Shown piece by piece: positions 50,773-64,000 of a stretch of DNA of 64,000 nt; positions within the stretch are counted from its first letter, which is position 1, and each line of letters starts with the position of its first letter. The stretch is from the NCBI RefSeq assembly GCF_006345805.1, contig NC_043012.1, forward strand, positions 124,001 through 188,000, given 5' to 3'. Made by a program: the position numbers and the translations under genes. The notes under the pieces were generated by a model. It saw nothing but the letters and a program-made list of their open reading frames with translations. It did not search any database and was not told where the DNA came from. The stretch comes from Octopus sinensis. Taxonomy: Eukaryota.

Positions 50773-51217
50773 TACACATATACCTACACATCCAGTCATA
50801 TACATTGCACAGCTATACACACACATGCACACATAAAGGTAAAATCCAGCAAGTTTATGAAGTGAGGCTGGCTGCACGTAACAACACCGGTTGCAAAACA
50901 TTGACAGCCGAATCTCCTTCAAATCACTTCTGACTACCTTCAGTAAAAACGAGAGGTGACACACTTGATCAAGAAGTCACTGAATCATAATGTTGTCTAT
51001 AGAAGTCATGCCTAAAAAAAGACTCTAGCAAATGTCCATGTTCTGGGGTGGTTTCGCCTCCTCAGACGTAGATAAGTTATGGCAACCTGAAGCTAGGTAC
51101 AAAAAAAACAGAAAAAAACTTATATACATAGAAACATACGTATATGTGTGTGTTTCGTGTATATGTATGTATGTATGAATAGATGCATGTGTATTTATAT
51201 AAATTATTATTATTATT

Positions 51218-51318
51218 GAGTGAGAGAGCAGCGTATGCCATTAAAATGACACGGGGGTAAAATATACGAAGCCCAGTATACCCATCGTGATTACCCGTCT
51301 GATAAGGGTACACCAGGT
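51218..51318 (-). mobile_element. Family D 3' terminal fragment
   Basis: ATTATTATTGAGTGAGAGAGCAG...GATAAGGGTACACCAGG. Confidence 0.9.
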
Positions 51319-51329
51319 GTTGTTATTAT

Positions 51330-51620
51330 ATTTTCTATTCTTTCCACCCATATTCATGAGAGAATCATGAAAATAGAGTCTGAAAGCATTTCCTCCACAA
51401 GTTCCTGTCAGATGCAATCGTCATTAAAATTTCTCACTGGATTCCCGAGCGTAACCAGCTGAGACTAAGAATATTATCCAGCCATCTTATTCTTGGTCTA
51501 CACCCAAGGTCTCCTGCTTTGCGATTACTTCATGCGACATTCTAATCACCTCCCAATGCGGTGAATTTGCGCGCTTTTGCCTTGGGAGACTCCCGGGTTT
51601 CCAAATTACGTGCCCTGTCG
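51330..51620 (-). mobile_element. RTE-like LINE 3' fragment
   Basis: Decayed; resembles the RTE terminus GRP..RW.D.I..L.W..LG.....A.DR..WR. Confidence 0.4.
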
Positions 51621-52088
51621 GGTAACGTTACGCCAGAGACTCTTCGAAGGGAGCCCATTTCGATCGCTTGCACTTGCGATCGAACTCTTATCTAAGTATG
51701 CAGAAATGTATGCATGCATGTGCGTATATATGAATGTATATACGGTTTTGTGTATGTATATGGGCTTCTCCCCATTATGACAATTTGATCCCAAAAAATA
51801 AAACGACATAAAATTAATTCCATATTCATAACAATTATTGAGTATTAAATTTTAAAAGAAGACCACTTCGGTAGCATCTTATCAACAAAGAAGATGTGTG
51901 AGTATGTTTGTGTGTTTGTGTCTTTGTGTGTATATGTGTTTGTGTATAAGTGTTGTGTCTATCCCTGTGTGTGTGCGTATGTGCCTGTACCTGTGTGCGT
52001 GCGGGGTCGATGTGTGTGCGTTTGCATATTGTGTGTGTGTGTCTTGGCATAAAATTTGCACAAAGATAATAATTAAGCGTGTATTATA

Positions 52089-53679
52089 CAATGGGTGGGG
52101 AAATAAATATTCGTACATATCAGAATTCTTTATTTAATTTCTAATGAACATAAATGAGATATACCAATACTATATTTGCATACACATGCATAAACTAAGA
52201 ATATGCAAAAGAAACTAATAAATTGTAGTAACTAAGGAATTTATATACAATTATAAATATTTAAGGGTGAAAAAAGTATTCGTACAGAACATAAATAACT
52301 GATAATTCTGATTTAATACTTCGTAGCATAACCATTATTCAGTTCCACTTCAACCAATCTCTTCTTGTAGTTCTTAATCAATGACTCGCATATTTCTTTA
52401 GGAATTTTTTCCCATTCTTCTTGACAAATTTTCTTCAAATCTGCAATGCACGTTGGGACTCTTGAATGAATGTTAATTTTCTAATAATGCAACAAATTTT
52501 CAATGGGGTTCAAGTCAGGTGACTGGCTTCGCCATTCTAATAGTGTTATATTGTGATCGACAATCCATTTTTGGTAGACTTCGCCGTGTGCTTAGGATCG
52601 TTATCCTGTTGTAAAACCCAACCTTCACAAAGCTGGAGCTTTTCTACAGCGTCCCATAAATCATTGTTCAAAATATTCTGGTACAACTCTGCATTCATTC
52701 TACCATCTATCACATATAAATTGCCACTACCATTTGCAGAGAAACATCCCCACACCATGATGTTGCCACCTTTACGGTAGGAATTGTGTTTTTCAGCGAA
52801 TAGGCGATACCATCTTTCCTTCGAACATGGCTCCATAGAATTCAATTTTCGACTCGTCTGTCCATAGAACATTTTCCCAGAATGTATCAGATTTATCTTT
52901 ATGTTCATAAACAAATTTTAAACGGGCATCTCTATGCCTTTTAGTCAACAGCGGAGTTTTTCTAGGAGAGCGTGACTTCAGTTCATTCCTATGGATTTCA
53001 TTGCTGATTGTTCGTAGTGTAACACTAGTCCCTGAAGCTAACAAATCTTCTTGCAACTCCTTTCTGGTGATCATTGCGTTTTTTCCGATTCTTCGCTTCA
53101 TTTTTCTTAAAGATCTAAGGGTTATCTTGCGTGGTGCACCGGATCTTATTCTGTTTTCTACAGTTCTCGATTTTTTTATATCTTTGAATAAATGAAGCTA
53201 TGGTAGAAAATGGAATACAAAGGGTCACTGATATTTTCCTGTAAATTTTACCTCTTTTCCACTGTTCAATAATTAAGTTTTTCACAGAATTTGTGAGTTC
53301 TTTGCTTTTCGCCATTATTACGATACTACTTTATGTTGTCTCAGTGTTGAATGAAGAAGTTAGTGTTTTCACTCTTAAAAATGACAACTGATAAGATTAT
53401 TGGAACAAACGAGAAAATTCTAGTAAAAAAGATTATTTTAACAGTATTTTGTGGCATAGAAAATCATAAATTCATTCTTTACGAATACTTTTTTCACCCC
53501 TAAATATTTATAATTGTATATAAATTCCTTAGTTACTATGATTTATTAGTTTCTTTTGCATATTCTTAGTTTATACATGTGTATGCAATTATAGTATTGG
53601 TATATCCCATTAATGTTCATTAGAAATTAAATAAATAAAGAATTTTGACATGTACGAATATTTATTTCCCTCCACTCTA
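52089..53679 (-). mobile_element. Full-length Tc1 (DD34E) transposon with ~200-bp IR/DR-type TIRs
   Basis: TIRs about 52089-52290 and 53475-53679, TA outside both; each TIR has outer (GGGAAATAAATATTCGTACA) and inner (GGGTGAAAAAAGTATTCGTA) direct repeats. Confidence 0.95.
52313..53315 (-). pseudogene. Tc1 transposase, frameshifted
   Basis: MAKSKELT..HTH; PRKTPLLTKRH; WTDESKIE; IMVWGCFS; QQDNDPKH; SQSPDLNPIENL (34 residues between D and E after correcting one frameshift); ends GYATKY*. Confidence 0.95.
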
Positions 53680-53885
53680 TATGATACAGTTATATTTGCC
53701 CTGATGCTTACGTGATCCGTTAATACAGATTCAAGGTTTCCATAATTCGGAGGGTTGTGGCGAAAAGAACAAGGACCGCTAGTATCTTTATACTTAATAG
53801 AAAATATACGGCAAAGCAAATTTGCAGTAAGTGCTTGTAATATACAATTTCGATCCTGGGCTTGACTAGATACTGAAAGCAACTT

Positions 53886-54267
53886 GGAAGCACTCCGTCG
53901 TAACGGACGACGAGGGTTCCGGTTGATCCGATCAACGGAACAGCCTGCTCGTGAAATTAACGTCTAAGTGGCTGAGCACTCCACAGACACGTGTACCCTT
54001 AAAGTAGTTCTCGGGGATATTCAGCGTGACACAGAGAGTGACAAGGCCGGCCCTTTGAAATACAGGCACAACAGAAACAGGAAGTAAGGGTGAGAGAAAG
54101 TTGTGGTGAAAGAGTACAGCAGGGATCACCACCATCCCCTGCCGGAGACTCGTGGAGCTTTTAGGTGTTTTCGCTCAATAAACACTCACAACGCCCGGTC
54201 TGGGAATCGAAACCGCGATCCTACGACCGCGAGTCCGCTGCCCTAACCACTGGGCCATTGCGCCTCC
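53886..54267 (-). mobile_element. SINE family C, full length with 14-bp target-site duplication
   Basis: ACTGAAAGCAACTT at 53872-85 and 54268-81 flanks the copy. Confidence 0.95.
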
Positions 54268-54619
54268 ACTGAAAGCAACTTAATGTTATATACGCATGTG
54301 AATTTTTATATGTTTCCTGCACATCTGCCAGCAAAGAGGGAATAATCTAGTACTGGGGGACTAATTACAAAAATGCACAAAGTTATATCCACATACACAC
54401 ATATATACACTCCAATGCATAATCTTCTTTATAATGCCTGTCTCGTTTCTCTATTTCTTTCATTCGTTGTTCGAAAAAAGTTCGCTTTCCATGCTTTCTT
54501 TACGTTCCTGTTTCTCATTTTGTTCACGTTTTTTACGTCCTGTACACATATATGCATGATTATATACATATATATGTAGACATGTACATGTGTGAGTGTA
54601 CTTTAGTTTCAAAGTTCGA

Positions 54620-54672
<53 letters not shown>

Positions 54673-54685
54673 CTCTCTCTCTCTC

Positions 54686-54725
<40 letters not shown>

Positions 54726-54761
54726 TATAGATAGATAGAAGATAGATAGATAGATAGATAG

Positions 54762-54798
<37 letters not shown>

Positions 54799-54829
54799 GA
54801 TAGATAGATAGATAGATAGATATGTAAGT

Positions 54830-55066
54830 TAATCCAAACAAGAAAACACAAAAACACAAAAAAACACAACAACGCGAGGACGTGGAACAAATAAAGTATT
54901 ATTGGACGCTCAGGAAAGAAGGGAAGAAGGGAAGAAGGGGGGTCTAACGTTTCGAACGGAGCTCTTCGTCGGAAACATCGGAGAAGGAAAGATCCCGAGA
55001 AGGGAAGACAGAGGGAAAAAAATCGCCAACGGTACTCACGAGGTCACATATTGAAAGACCGGAAGT
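54830..55066 (-). mobile_element. PLE-like terminal repeat with variant hammerhead motif
   Basis: Minus strand GGGAUCU..CCGACGA-A-GAGC(UCC)GUUC-GAAAC-GUU-AGACCC at 54940-54996; tail homologous to 63450-63540. Confidence 0.55.
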
Positions 55067-55096
55067 ATATGTATATGTAATATGTATATATGTATG

Positions 55097-55146
<50 letters not shown>

Positions 55147-55159
55147 ATATATTATATCT

Positions 55160-55400
55160 TCTATTCTTTTTTACTTGTTTCAGTAATTTGACTGCGGCCA
55201 TGCTGGAGCACAGCATTTTGTCGAGCAAATCAACTCCAGGACTTATTGCTTGTATGGCTAGTTGTTATTATATAGGTCTCTTAGTCCGAAAGGCTAAGTG
55301 ACAGCGACGTAAGCACACCAACATCGGCTGTCAAGCGATGGTGAAGCAGACAAATACATACATACATACATACATACATACATACATACATACATACATT

Positions 55401-55443
<43 letters not shown>

Positions 55444-55603
55444 GGCATGCTTCTTCCAGTTTCCCTTTACTAAATCTGCTGTCAAGGCTTTGGTCGGCCC
55501 GAGGCTATAATACAAACACTTACCCAAGGTCCCACGCAGTGGGACTGAACCCGGCACCATGTAGTTGAGAAACAAGCTTCTTACCACACAGTCACTCCTG
55601 CAT
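55160..55603 (-). mobile_element. SINE family A, full length
   Basis: Head revcomp CACACAGTCACTCCTGCATC; 3' TTACTTGTTTCAGTAATTTGACTGCGGCC. Confidence 0.9.
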
Positions 55604-55861
55604 CTATATATATATATGTGTGTACATGCGTGCGTGTTCCTGTGTCTATGTGAGTGCGCTTGTGCTTTTGTGTGTATGTGTGTATATACATATATAAGAG
55701 GCTTTCTAAAAGTGATGAAAGAATCTCTGTTTTCCTTATTTGTCTATCAACTTTCCTGCAAATATGTGTATACGTGTATACATATACACATATATGTATA
55801 AATGAGTGTATAAATATATATATATATATATATATACATATATGTATAAATCAATGTATAA

Positions 55862-55900
<39 letters not shown>

Positions 55901-56298
55901 CACACATATATATGCAAATACATACGCATATATGTATATATTTATATGTGTATGTGTGTCTGTGTTTGAATTGCACATACAACTATACATATAAACCTAG
56001 TCACAAATACGCTCACACATATACAAGTACGCAGGTTTATATTTTATTTATTTATCTGTACGTTTTATCGATGGCCAGACGGTCTATTTTCGGGAATATG
56101 TCATGTGACCTTTTTGTACCCCTACTTCCCCCTCTTTTACTACTGTTTATTTTACCGCATTCTTTCAAACCTCTAAATTAATTGGAAACCACCAGAGAAC
56201 ATTGTCGCCAGTTGTCGGTCCTCGTACGTATACATGTATACATATACATACATGCATACATATAACTACAAATACATAAATATACATGGCTATATATG

Positions 56299-56366
<68 letters not shown>

Positions 56367-56379
56367 TAGACAGACAGAC

Positions 56380-56453
<74 letters not shown>

Positions 56454-56564
56454 GTAGATACATACATACATACAAATACAAACATATGTATATTATATAT
56501 ATATATAAACAAATATTTACATACATAGACATGTATATTCATGTATATATGTATGTGTGTGGTG

Positions 56565-56612
<48 letters not shown>

Positions 56613-56636
56613 ATAATATTATATATATATATATAT

Positions 56637-56683
<47 letters not shown>

Positions 56684-56689
56684 TATGTG

Positions 56690-57000
56690 GGTACAGGCCA
56701 CCATGAAACGTGTACAGCAAAAAGTACGAAGCACGGGTACATGGAACAGGAATTATTCTCTTGAACAACGAAGGACACAAACGGAAAACAAGACAAACAA
56801 CATAAAAAACGACCCTTCATCTGTTGTTGACTGTTTTTCTAGTCTCTTATTTCGAGCATTTAACAACAATATACGCTTCGATAAAACAGATGCTCTCGCA
56901 AAGCAAATTAAACAAAATTTGGAATTTTGCAGAGGGTCAAAATAGGTAATACAAACATGACAGTGAAAACAAACAGGAAGGGCTGCTAAGCCTAAACGAA
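56690..57000 (-). mobile_element. PLE-like repeat related to 11510-12000
   Basis: Shared AACAACGAA..ACAAGACAAACAA..CCCTTC.TC and TTTTGCAGAGGG blocks; abuts (TA)n. Confidence 0.55.
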
Positions 57001-57312
57001 GTTGTGGTGGCGAACGCGTAAATCAAGCTAGGATAGAGGACTAATAAGAATATGTTGTCCTTGTTCCAGCTACAATAGAGAGAAAGAAAGAAACACAGTT
57101 AGGAGAAGAAAGGTGACCGATGGTCACGTGTGAGCCACGTGAGCAAGTGGGGATGAGTGAGGGAGAGATAGTGACAGAGTAATAGGAAAGAATAGTGGGA
57201 GAACAGGAGGTAAAATAAATAAGAGAGAAAAAGAGAGAAAAACGAGTATGTATGTACGTATGTATGTATGTATGTATGTATGTATGTATGTATGTATGTA
57301 TGTATGTATGTA

Positions 57313-57716
57313 TCTTTTACCTTTTACTCGTTTCAGTCATTTGACTGCGGCCACGCTGGAGAACCGCCTTTAGTCGAGCAAATCGACCCCGGGACTTATT
57401 CTTTGTAAGCCCAGTACTTATTCTATCGGTCTCTTTTTGCTGAACCGCTAAGTGACGGGGACGTAAACACACCAGCATCGGTTGTCAAGCAATGCTAGGG
57501 GGACAAACACAGACACACAAATACACACATACATATATATATATACATATATACGACAGGCTTCTTTCAGTTTCTGCCTACCAAATCCACTCACAAGGCA
57601 TTGGTCGGCCCGGGGCTATAGCAGAAGACACTTGCCCAAGATGCCACGCAGTGGGACTGAACCCGGAACCATGTGGTTGGTTAGCAAGCTACTTACAACA
57701 CAGCCACTCCTGCGCC
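57313..57716 (-). mobile_element. SINE family A, full length
   Basis: Near-identical to 22182-22580. Confidence 0.95.
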
Positions 57717-58020
57717 TATGTATGTATGACTCTAGTAATCCACCCGTCGATGAAAACAGGACTCGATTATAAACTGTAAAATGAAAGTAAAGAAAGAGAG
57801 GAAGAAAGAAAGGGAAAAAGAAAGAAAAGATAAAGTGAAGGAGAAAAAGGAAGGAATGCAGGAAAAGAATTCAATAAAGAAAAGCGAAAATATAACAGAA
57901 AACACAAATTCTTCGTCTCTTTTGTGTGAAAGCTACCGGCACCACCATTATATTCAAAACCACCAGCACCACCAACTCTCCACTACTATTCCCAGCACCG
58001 GTATCACTACCACAGCCACC

Positions 58021-58620
58021 ACCACAACTACCACTCCCACCATCAGTTCCAGTACTACCACCAGCACTGGTATCAACATCAGAAGAACCTCTATCACTAC
58101 GTCGACCACCATCACTACAAACTTCTCGCCAACGTCACCATCACTACAACGTCGCAACCACAACCACCACCAACATTACAACAATCATCATCAGGATTAC
58201 AACTACTACCACAACCACTAGCAACTTTACAATCATCACCATCATTACCATCGTCATGATCGTTACAACCAACACTACCACAGTCACCACCATTCCACCA
58301 TGATTACAACCATGCTACCTCCACCACCACAACTACCACATCCACCATCAGTTCCAGTACTACCACCAGCACTGGTATCAACATCAGAAGCACTACTATC
58401 ACCAGCACCTCTATCACTACGTCGACCACCATCACTACAAACTTCTCCACCACCATCGCCAACGTCACCATCACTACAACGTCGCAACCACAACCACCAC
58501 CAACATTACAACAATCATCATCAGGATTACAACTACTACCACAACCACTAGCAGCTTTACAATCATCACCACCATCACCATCGTCATGATCGTTACAACC
58601 ATCACTGCTACTGCTACCAC
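58021..58620. repeat. ACC-rich degenerate repeat, tandemly duplicated (~305-330 bp unit)
   Basis: CCACCATCAGTTCCAGTACTACCACCAGCACTGG at 58037 and 58342. Confidence 0.9.
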
Positions 58621-58783
58621 CATCACGACCATTTTCAATCCTTCTTCAGTCTTTGATCTTGTAATTCCATACAATTGGTAGAAGAACCCAGACAATTACT
58701 TCTTAAACACATTTTAAATACCGCCCTCTTTTCTTTCACAAACTCCCTTTCAAACGCTCTGCTCCCTCAGTGATACAATTCAA

Positions 58784-58948
58784 CAGGAGTGGCTGTGTGG
58801 TAGGTAACTTGCTTACCAACCAAATAGTCCTGGGTTCAGTCCCACCGCGTGGCACCTTGGGAAAGTGTCTTCTACTATAGCCTCGGGTCGACCAAAGCCT
58901 TGTGAGTGGATTTGGTAAACGGAAACTGAAAGAAGCCCGTCCAATATG

Positions 58949-58995
<47 letters not shown>

Positions 58996-59225
58996 TTGTA
59001 TGTGTATATGTTTGTGTGTCTGTTTGTGCCCCCAGCATCGCTTGACACCCGATGCTAGTGTGTTTACGTCCCCGTAACTTAGCGGTTCGGCAAAAGTGAC
59101 CGATAGAATAAGTACTAGGCTTACAAAGAATAAGTTCCGCAGTTTGATTTGCTCGACTGCATGCGGTGCTCCAGCATGGCCGCAGTCAAAATGACTGAAA
59201 CAAGTAAAAGAGTAAAAGAGTAAAA
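58784..59225 (+). mobile_element. SINE family A, full length
   Basis: CAGGAGTGGCTGTGTGG..GGTTCAGTCCC..(AAAAGAGT)n tail. Confidence 0.95.
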
Positions 59226-59234
59226 TGTAAAGAG

Positions 59235-59500
59235 CCGAGGCAACTTTTCTACTCTTCGCACACAGATTTTAAAATAGTTTTGAAATTTAGCAACTTTAAA
59301 CGGAGTCTGGATAGATTCCTTCAAAGAATACCAGATAAGCTACCCATAATTGGATACAACTCACCCAACAAGAACTCACTACTTGAATGGACCATAAACA
59401 AAACTTGACTTAAACAGGATTCGAATAATCCTATCAGGTGGTGCTATTAAGTTAGACATGGCCTGGACCAATCTTTGGTCGAAACATATCTAAGTTTATC
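59235..59500 (+). mobile_element. CR1/L2-like LINE extreme 3' end
   Basis: FKRSLDRFLQRIPDKLPIIGYNSPNKNSLLEW; UTR ending (ATCTAAGTTT)x2. Confidence 0.7.
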
Positions 59501-59889
59501 TAAGTTTAGGACAATTGAAAGACGAATTAAATTAGTCGGTACCTTTGACCCCAGTTCTTCATTGGAACTTTAATTTATCCAACCCGAAAGGAGGAAGATT
59601 AGAGCTTATCTCGGTGAAATATGATCTCAGAGCACAAAGATCTGGGGCAAATACTGTGAGTATTTAACACAATAAAAACAGAGAAATATTTTTGAAAATT
59701 GGGGTAATTAAAAGAGGGAGAAGGAGGTAAAGAAGTGCATTTTTTAATTGCGCTAATTTTGAAAACTGAAGCCTTTTGAACATGTATGCATTCCACTTCC
59801 CACCACCTGCATCCTTATAGAATTTTCCATTGCCCCTTCTCAGTGGTCGATGCACTTCATTTTGAGACCCTTTGGTATGATGCATAAAT

Positions 59890-59914
59890 GGCTGACTGGC
59901 TGGCTGGAGGATGG

Positions 59915-59950
<36 letters not shown>

Positions 59951-60330
59951 ATGGATGGATGGATGGATGGATTGATGGATGGATGGATGGATTCATAGAT
60001 GGATGGATGGATTCATAGATGGATGGATGGCTAGCCGGCTGGTTAGATGGCTGGATAGTTGGTTGCTTTGATGGGTGGATGGTTGGAGGATCGATGGATG
60101 GATGGACGGACGGACGAGTATTGGAATGGACGGACGGATGGATGGATAGATGGATGGATGGATGGATGGAAAATGGAAAGGTCGATTGATAATGATTAGA
60201 TGAGAGGAGCTGATGGCTGCTCGAATTTCAAGATAGATGGATGATGGATGGATAGATAGATGGATGGATGGATGAATGGATGGATGGATGGATGGATGGA
60301 TGGATGAATGGATGGATGGCTGACTGGCTG
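59890..60330. repeat. (GGAT)n degenerate tract
   Basis: Direct reading. Confidence 0.95.
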
Positions 60331-60798
60331 GCTGGTTGTCGGTTGGGTTAGCTGAGTGAAAACGTTTCAAATTATTTACAAGCTGGTTGAAGTATAAATA
60401 TGTGGGGCTGATGTGGTGTTGGTATCCGTCACAGCCAGCAGGTAGCAGGATGAGATAGACGGATGGATAGATTGTTTACGCTTGACTGGTTAAACTTAAC
60501 ACAGGCACGCTCTGTTGACAGGATAAATAGCAAAATAACAGGCTTACTGACAAGACCGGACCGTCTGGTCATTTGTATAGGTTGAAAGATGGTCGCATTA
60601 TCATCGTTGTTGTTTTTGTTGTTGTGTTTTTATAGTTTTTGTTGTGTCTTTTTATAGTACGTTTTTTTGTGAAGGAGCCATTAATCTAAATTTGACAAGG
60701 ACTTCTGGGGACAAGAACATCAACAACAATGACAATAATGACAAATAATAATAATAATAATAATAATAATATAATATAATAATAATAATAATAATAAC

Positions 60799-60835
<37 letters not shown>

Positions 60836-60896
60836 GTATTATAATAATAATAATAATAATAATATAATAATAATAATAATAATAATGAAATGGAAA

Positions 60897-60939
<43 letters not shown>

Positions 60940-60977
60940 GTATAATAATAATAATAATAATAATAATGAAATGGAAA

Positions 60978-61009
<32 letters not shown>

Positions 61010-61332
61010 TAATAATAATAATAATAACAATAATGAAATGGAAAAATAATAATAACGACCTGAAGATCAACCTCTTCGTTGAAACACAACAGTAATGACA
61101 CCAAGAGAAACTTATATGAAACAAGAGGCGACTGTGGCGGCGACAACAATAACAACCACGATATATTGACACGGACAAATAGCATGAAAGAAAACAACAA
61201 CAGCAAAGACAACAACTATAACAAACCGAAAACGACGCCATTGACAGCATTGATAATAGCTACAATAACTTCACGGGACAAGCAACAAATTGTTACAATC
61301 ATTAAGAAAACGTTAACGACGACGACGAGGAT

Positions 61333-61390
<58 letters not shown>

Positions 61391-61649
61391 TAACAACAAG
61401 AAGGAGAGAAGAAGAAGAAGAAGAAGAAGAACAACAACAACAACAACAAGAAAAAAGAAGAAGAAAAGAAGAAGAAGAAGAAGAAGTAGAAGAAGAGGAA
61501 AAGAAGAAGAAGAAGAGGGGGAGGAGAAGAAAGAGAAGAAAAAAGAAGAAGAAGAACAACAACAACAACAGCAACAACAACAACAACAACAACAACAAAA
61601 ACAAGAAGAAGAACAACGATAACAACAACAACAAGAACAACGATAACAA

Positions 61650-61846
61650 CAAAGGCTATAAGACAAATGAAATCCAAACTAAAACTAGAAGAGCAACGGA
61701 CCATGATAAAACGATGGCAAGAAAAGCCCCTTATATGGCAAATACTGGACTAAACTAAATGCAAAAGAAATAGACAGAGAAAAATCCCTGCAATGGTTGA
61801 GAAGCTCAGGACTCAAAGCAGAGACGGAGGGATTTTTAACTGCAAT
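61650..61846 (+). mobile_element. R4/Dong internal fragment
   Basis: IKRWQEKP..KYWTKLNAKEIDREKSLQWLRSSGLKAETEGFLTA. Confidence 0.8.
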
Positions 61847-61905
61847 AGTCTGACATTCAAAACGCTATTATTTATCATTACTAATCGATAACCCCCCCAC
61901 ACACA

Positions 61906-61961
<56 letters not shown>

Positions 61962-62227
61962 CACATACACAAACACATACACATATGTATTTTGCAACAA
62001 ATAAAAACACAGGTGAGTTCAAAACTCAAAGCAGCTATTTCGACTACATTTTATTGAATGCATCAGTAAAATGCTACCGAAACAGCTGTTGAGAATTTTG
62101 AATTCGGCTAGTATTCTCTTATACACATAGAACCATCCTTTGGTTGCATCTATAGTTTATACTGGACTGGGATCCTATGTATATATGCATCCGTCTATAT
62201 GTGTTCACATAGATAGATAGATAGATG

Positions 62228-62326
<99 letters not shown>

Positions 62327-62486
62327 GTTGCGTGCATACAACATACAACCAACAAACTACAACATTAAGCAGCTCCAACATATAGTGAGCCCAGCCTATT
62401 CTGACATCCTTACAAGTTGAAATAGCTCGAACACATACACACACACATATTCAAATATATGTATGTATGTGTATGTATATATATAT

Positions 62487-62832
<346 letters not shown>

Positions 62833-62904
62833 CATATACATAAATAAATACACATACATATATATATAAATATATACGTACATACACACATACATGTATA
62901 TATT

Positions 62905-62978
<74 letters not shown>

Positions 62979-63352
62979 TCTATAACTGTGTATGTATATA
63001 TATGCCGTGCGTAATGTCTATATACTTTACCAATAGCAAATCAAGTAAAATATAAGGACATCATGAATTACCGGTATCGACAAAGGGTAATACACTCATA
63101 CATATATCTTGCAAACAACTTGCACATGCAAGTGCTACCAGTTAAAAGCTCCCTATATCGGAAGCTAGCAAGTGTATGGGGTCATCAGGAGAGAATGCGC
63201 ACCGTTTCGGGGCCTACCTCTCGACGGCATCAATGCGCACCGGCCCCCCTCACTGATATGAGGCCCCGCTTGCTAGATCAGCTGGTTATGAAGAACTCAA
63301 TATACTTCTAGCCATCGCTCATCGTCTCTTTTTAACCAAATCCAGTATACGT

Positions 63353-63399
<47 letters not shown>

Positions 63400-63449
63400 A
63401 GTAAACACGCACACGCACATACATACACCCATACATACATATATATATA

Positions 63450-63594
63450 GCTAATCCAAACATGAACAAGCAAGAAAAAACGACAACGCGAGGATGTAGA
63501 ATAAGTACAGTGTTATTGGACGGTCAGCAAAGGAAAGAAAAGAAAGAAGACTTCACGTTTCGAGCGGAGCTCTTCCTCAGAAATATAGAAAAAG

Positions 63595-63600
<6 letters not shown>
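63450..63600 (-). mobile_element. PLE-like terminal repeat with variant hammerhead motif
   Basis: Minus strand GACUU..CUGAGGA-A-GAGC(UCC)GCUC-GAAAC-GUG-AAGUC at 63549-63596; (TA)n on both sides. Confidence 0.55.
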
Positions 63601-63642
<42 letters not shown>

Positions 63643-64000
63643 GTAACATACACACGCATACCTACATACTAATAAGTGTAACTGTGCGTGTATATATCAG
63701 TGTATATTCACGCATACTATATCTGCACTTACAAACACACGATGTTTGGAAAATAACAAAATAAAAACGAAAATAAATTAAAGGAAACTAAAAGTGTTAG
63801 GCAGGAGGTCATAGGCAGAATGCGTAAAAATAGAAACAGTTAGAAATGATTTTGTAAAAGTCAAGTCAAAGAAGCCCGATCAATGAAGAGATTTGATGTT
63901 TATTGTAAACTGTATAAAGATACTTTTGGGGGTTTTACACTTGACATCACATCGACAATGCTAGGGCATGATGGCATGAATGATCACCGCTTATAATGTG

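Noticed and set aside
51040-51066. Minus-strand CUGAGGA-GGC-GAAAC
   Set aside because: Stem II is sterically impossible (3 nt) and there is no stem III or cut site.
53727-53827. Phase-1 open candidate exon (FKVSIIRRVVAKRTRT...)
   Set aside because: Weak polypyrimidine tract; peptide not recognised.
14141-59225. SINE heads as true tRNA genes
   Set aside because: They have A/B boxes but no complete cloverleaf, and they continue into shared SINE bodies. Mapping to the published octopus OK/OR1/OR2 names was not verified.
59455-59495. GACC/GGTC hairpin plus GAAAC at a LINE 3' end
   Set aside because: No CUGANGA; better explained as a LINE 3' stem-loop.
62340-62420. Minus-strand peptide DVRIGWAHYMLELLNVV
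   Set aside because: Weak donor site, short, and not confidently matched to any family.

Overview
AT-rich, microsatellite-saturated eukaryotic DNA. It is most likely an octopus (coleoid cephalopod) intron or intergenic region; this is inferred from composition and from recalled SINE families, not from a search. I recognise no intact host gene. The window contains one 100-N gap, three abundant tRNA-derived SINE families (>25 copies), many decayed non-LTR fragments (R4/Dong, CR1/L2-like, RTE-like), Tc1/mariner remnants (one full-length IR/DR Tc1, DD37D-like and mariner fragments) and a non-autonomous Helitron. The most interesting signal is a set of short non-coding elements sitting in (TA)n tracts, several of them near-perfect fold-backs (arms about 80-250 bp). 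Three fold-backs (19.3, 46.2, 62.5 kb) carry a type I hammerhead ribozyme motif in each arm, reading outward (CUGANGA, stem II, GAAA, palindromic stem III, GUH cut site, stem I). Two solo hammerheads lie at 9.4 and 29.5 kb, and variant or degenerate ones at 11.7, 12.6, 55.0 and 63.6 kb. The layout matches inverted pseudo-LTR remnants of Penelope-like elements (PLEs), from several sequence-unrelated families. All folding was done by eye and no searches were run.
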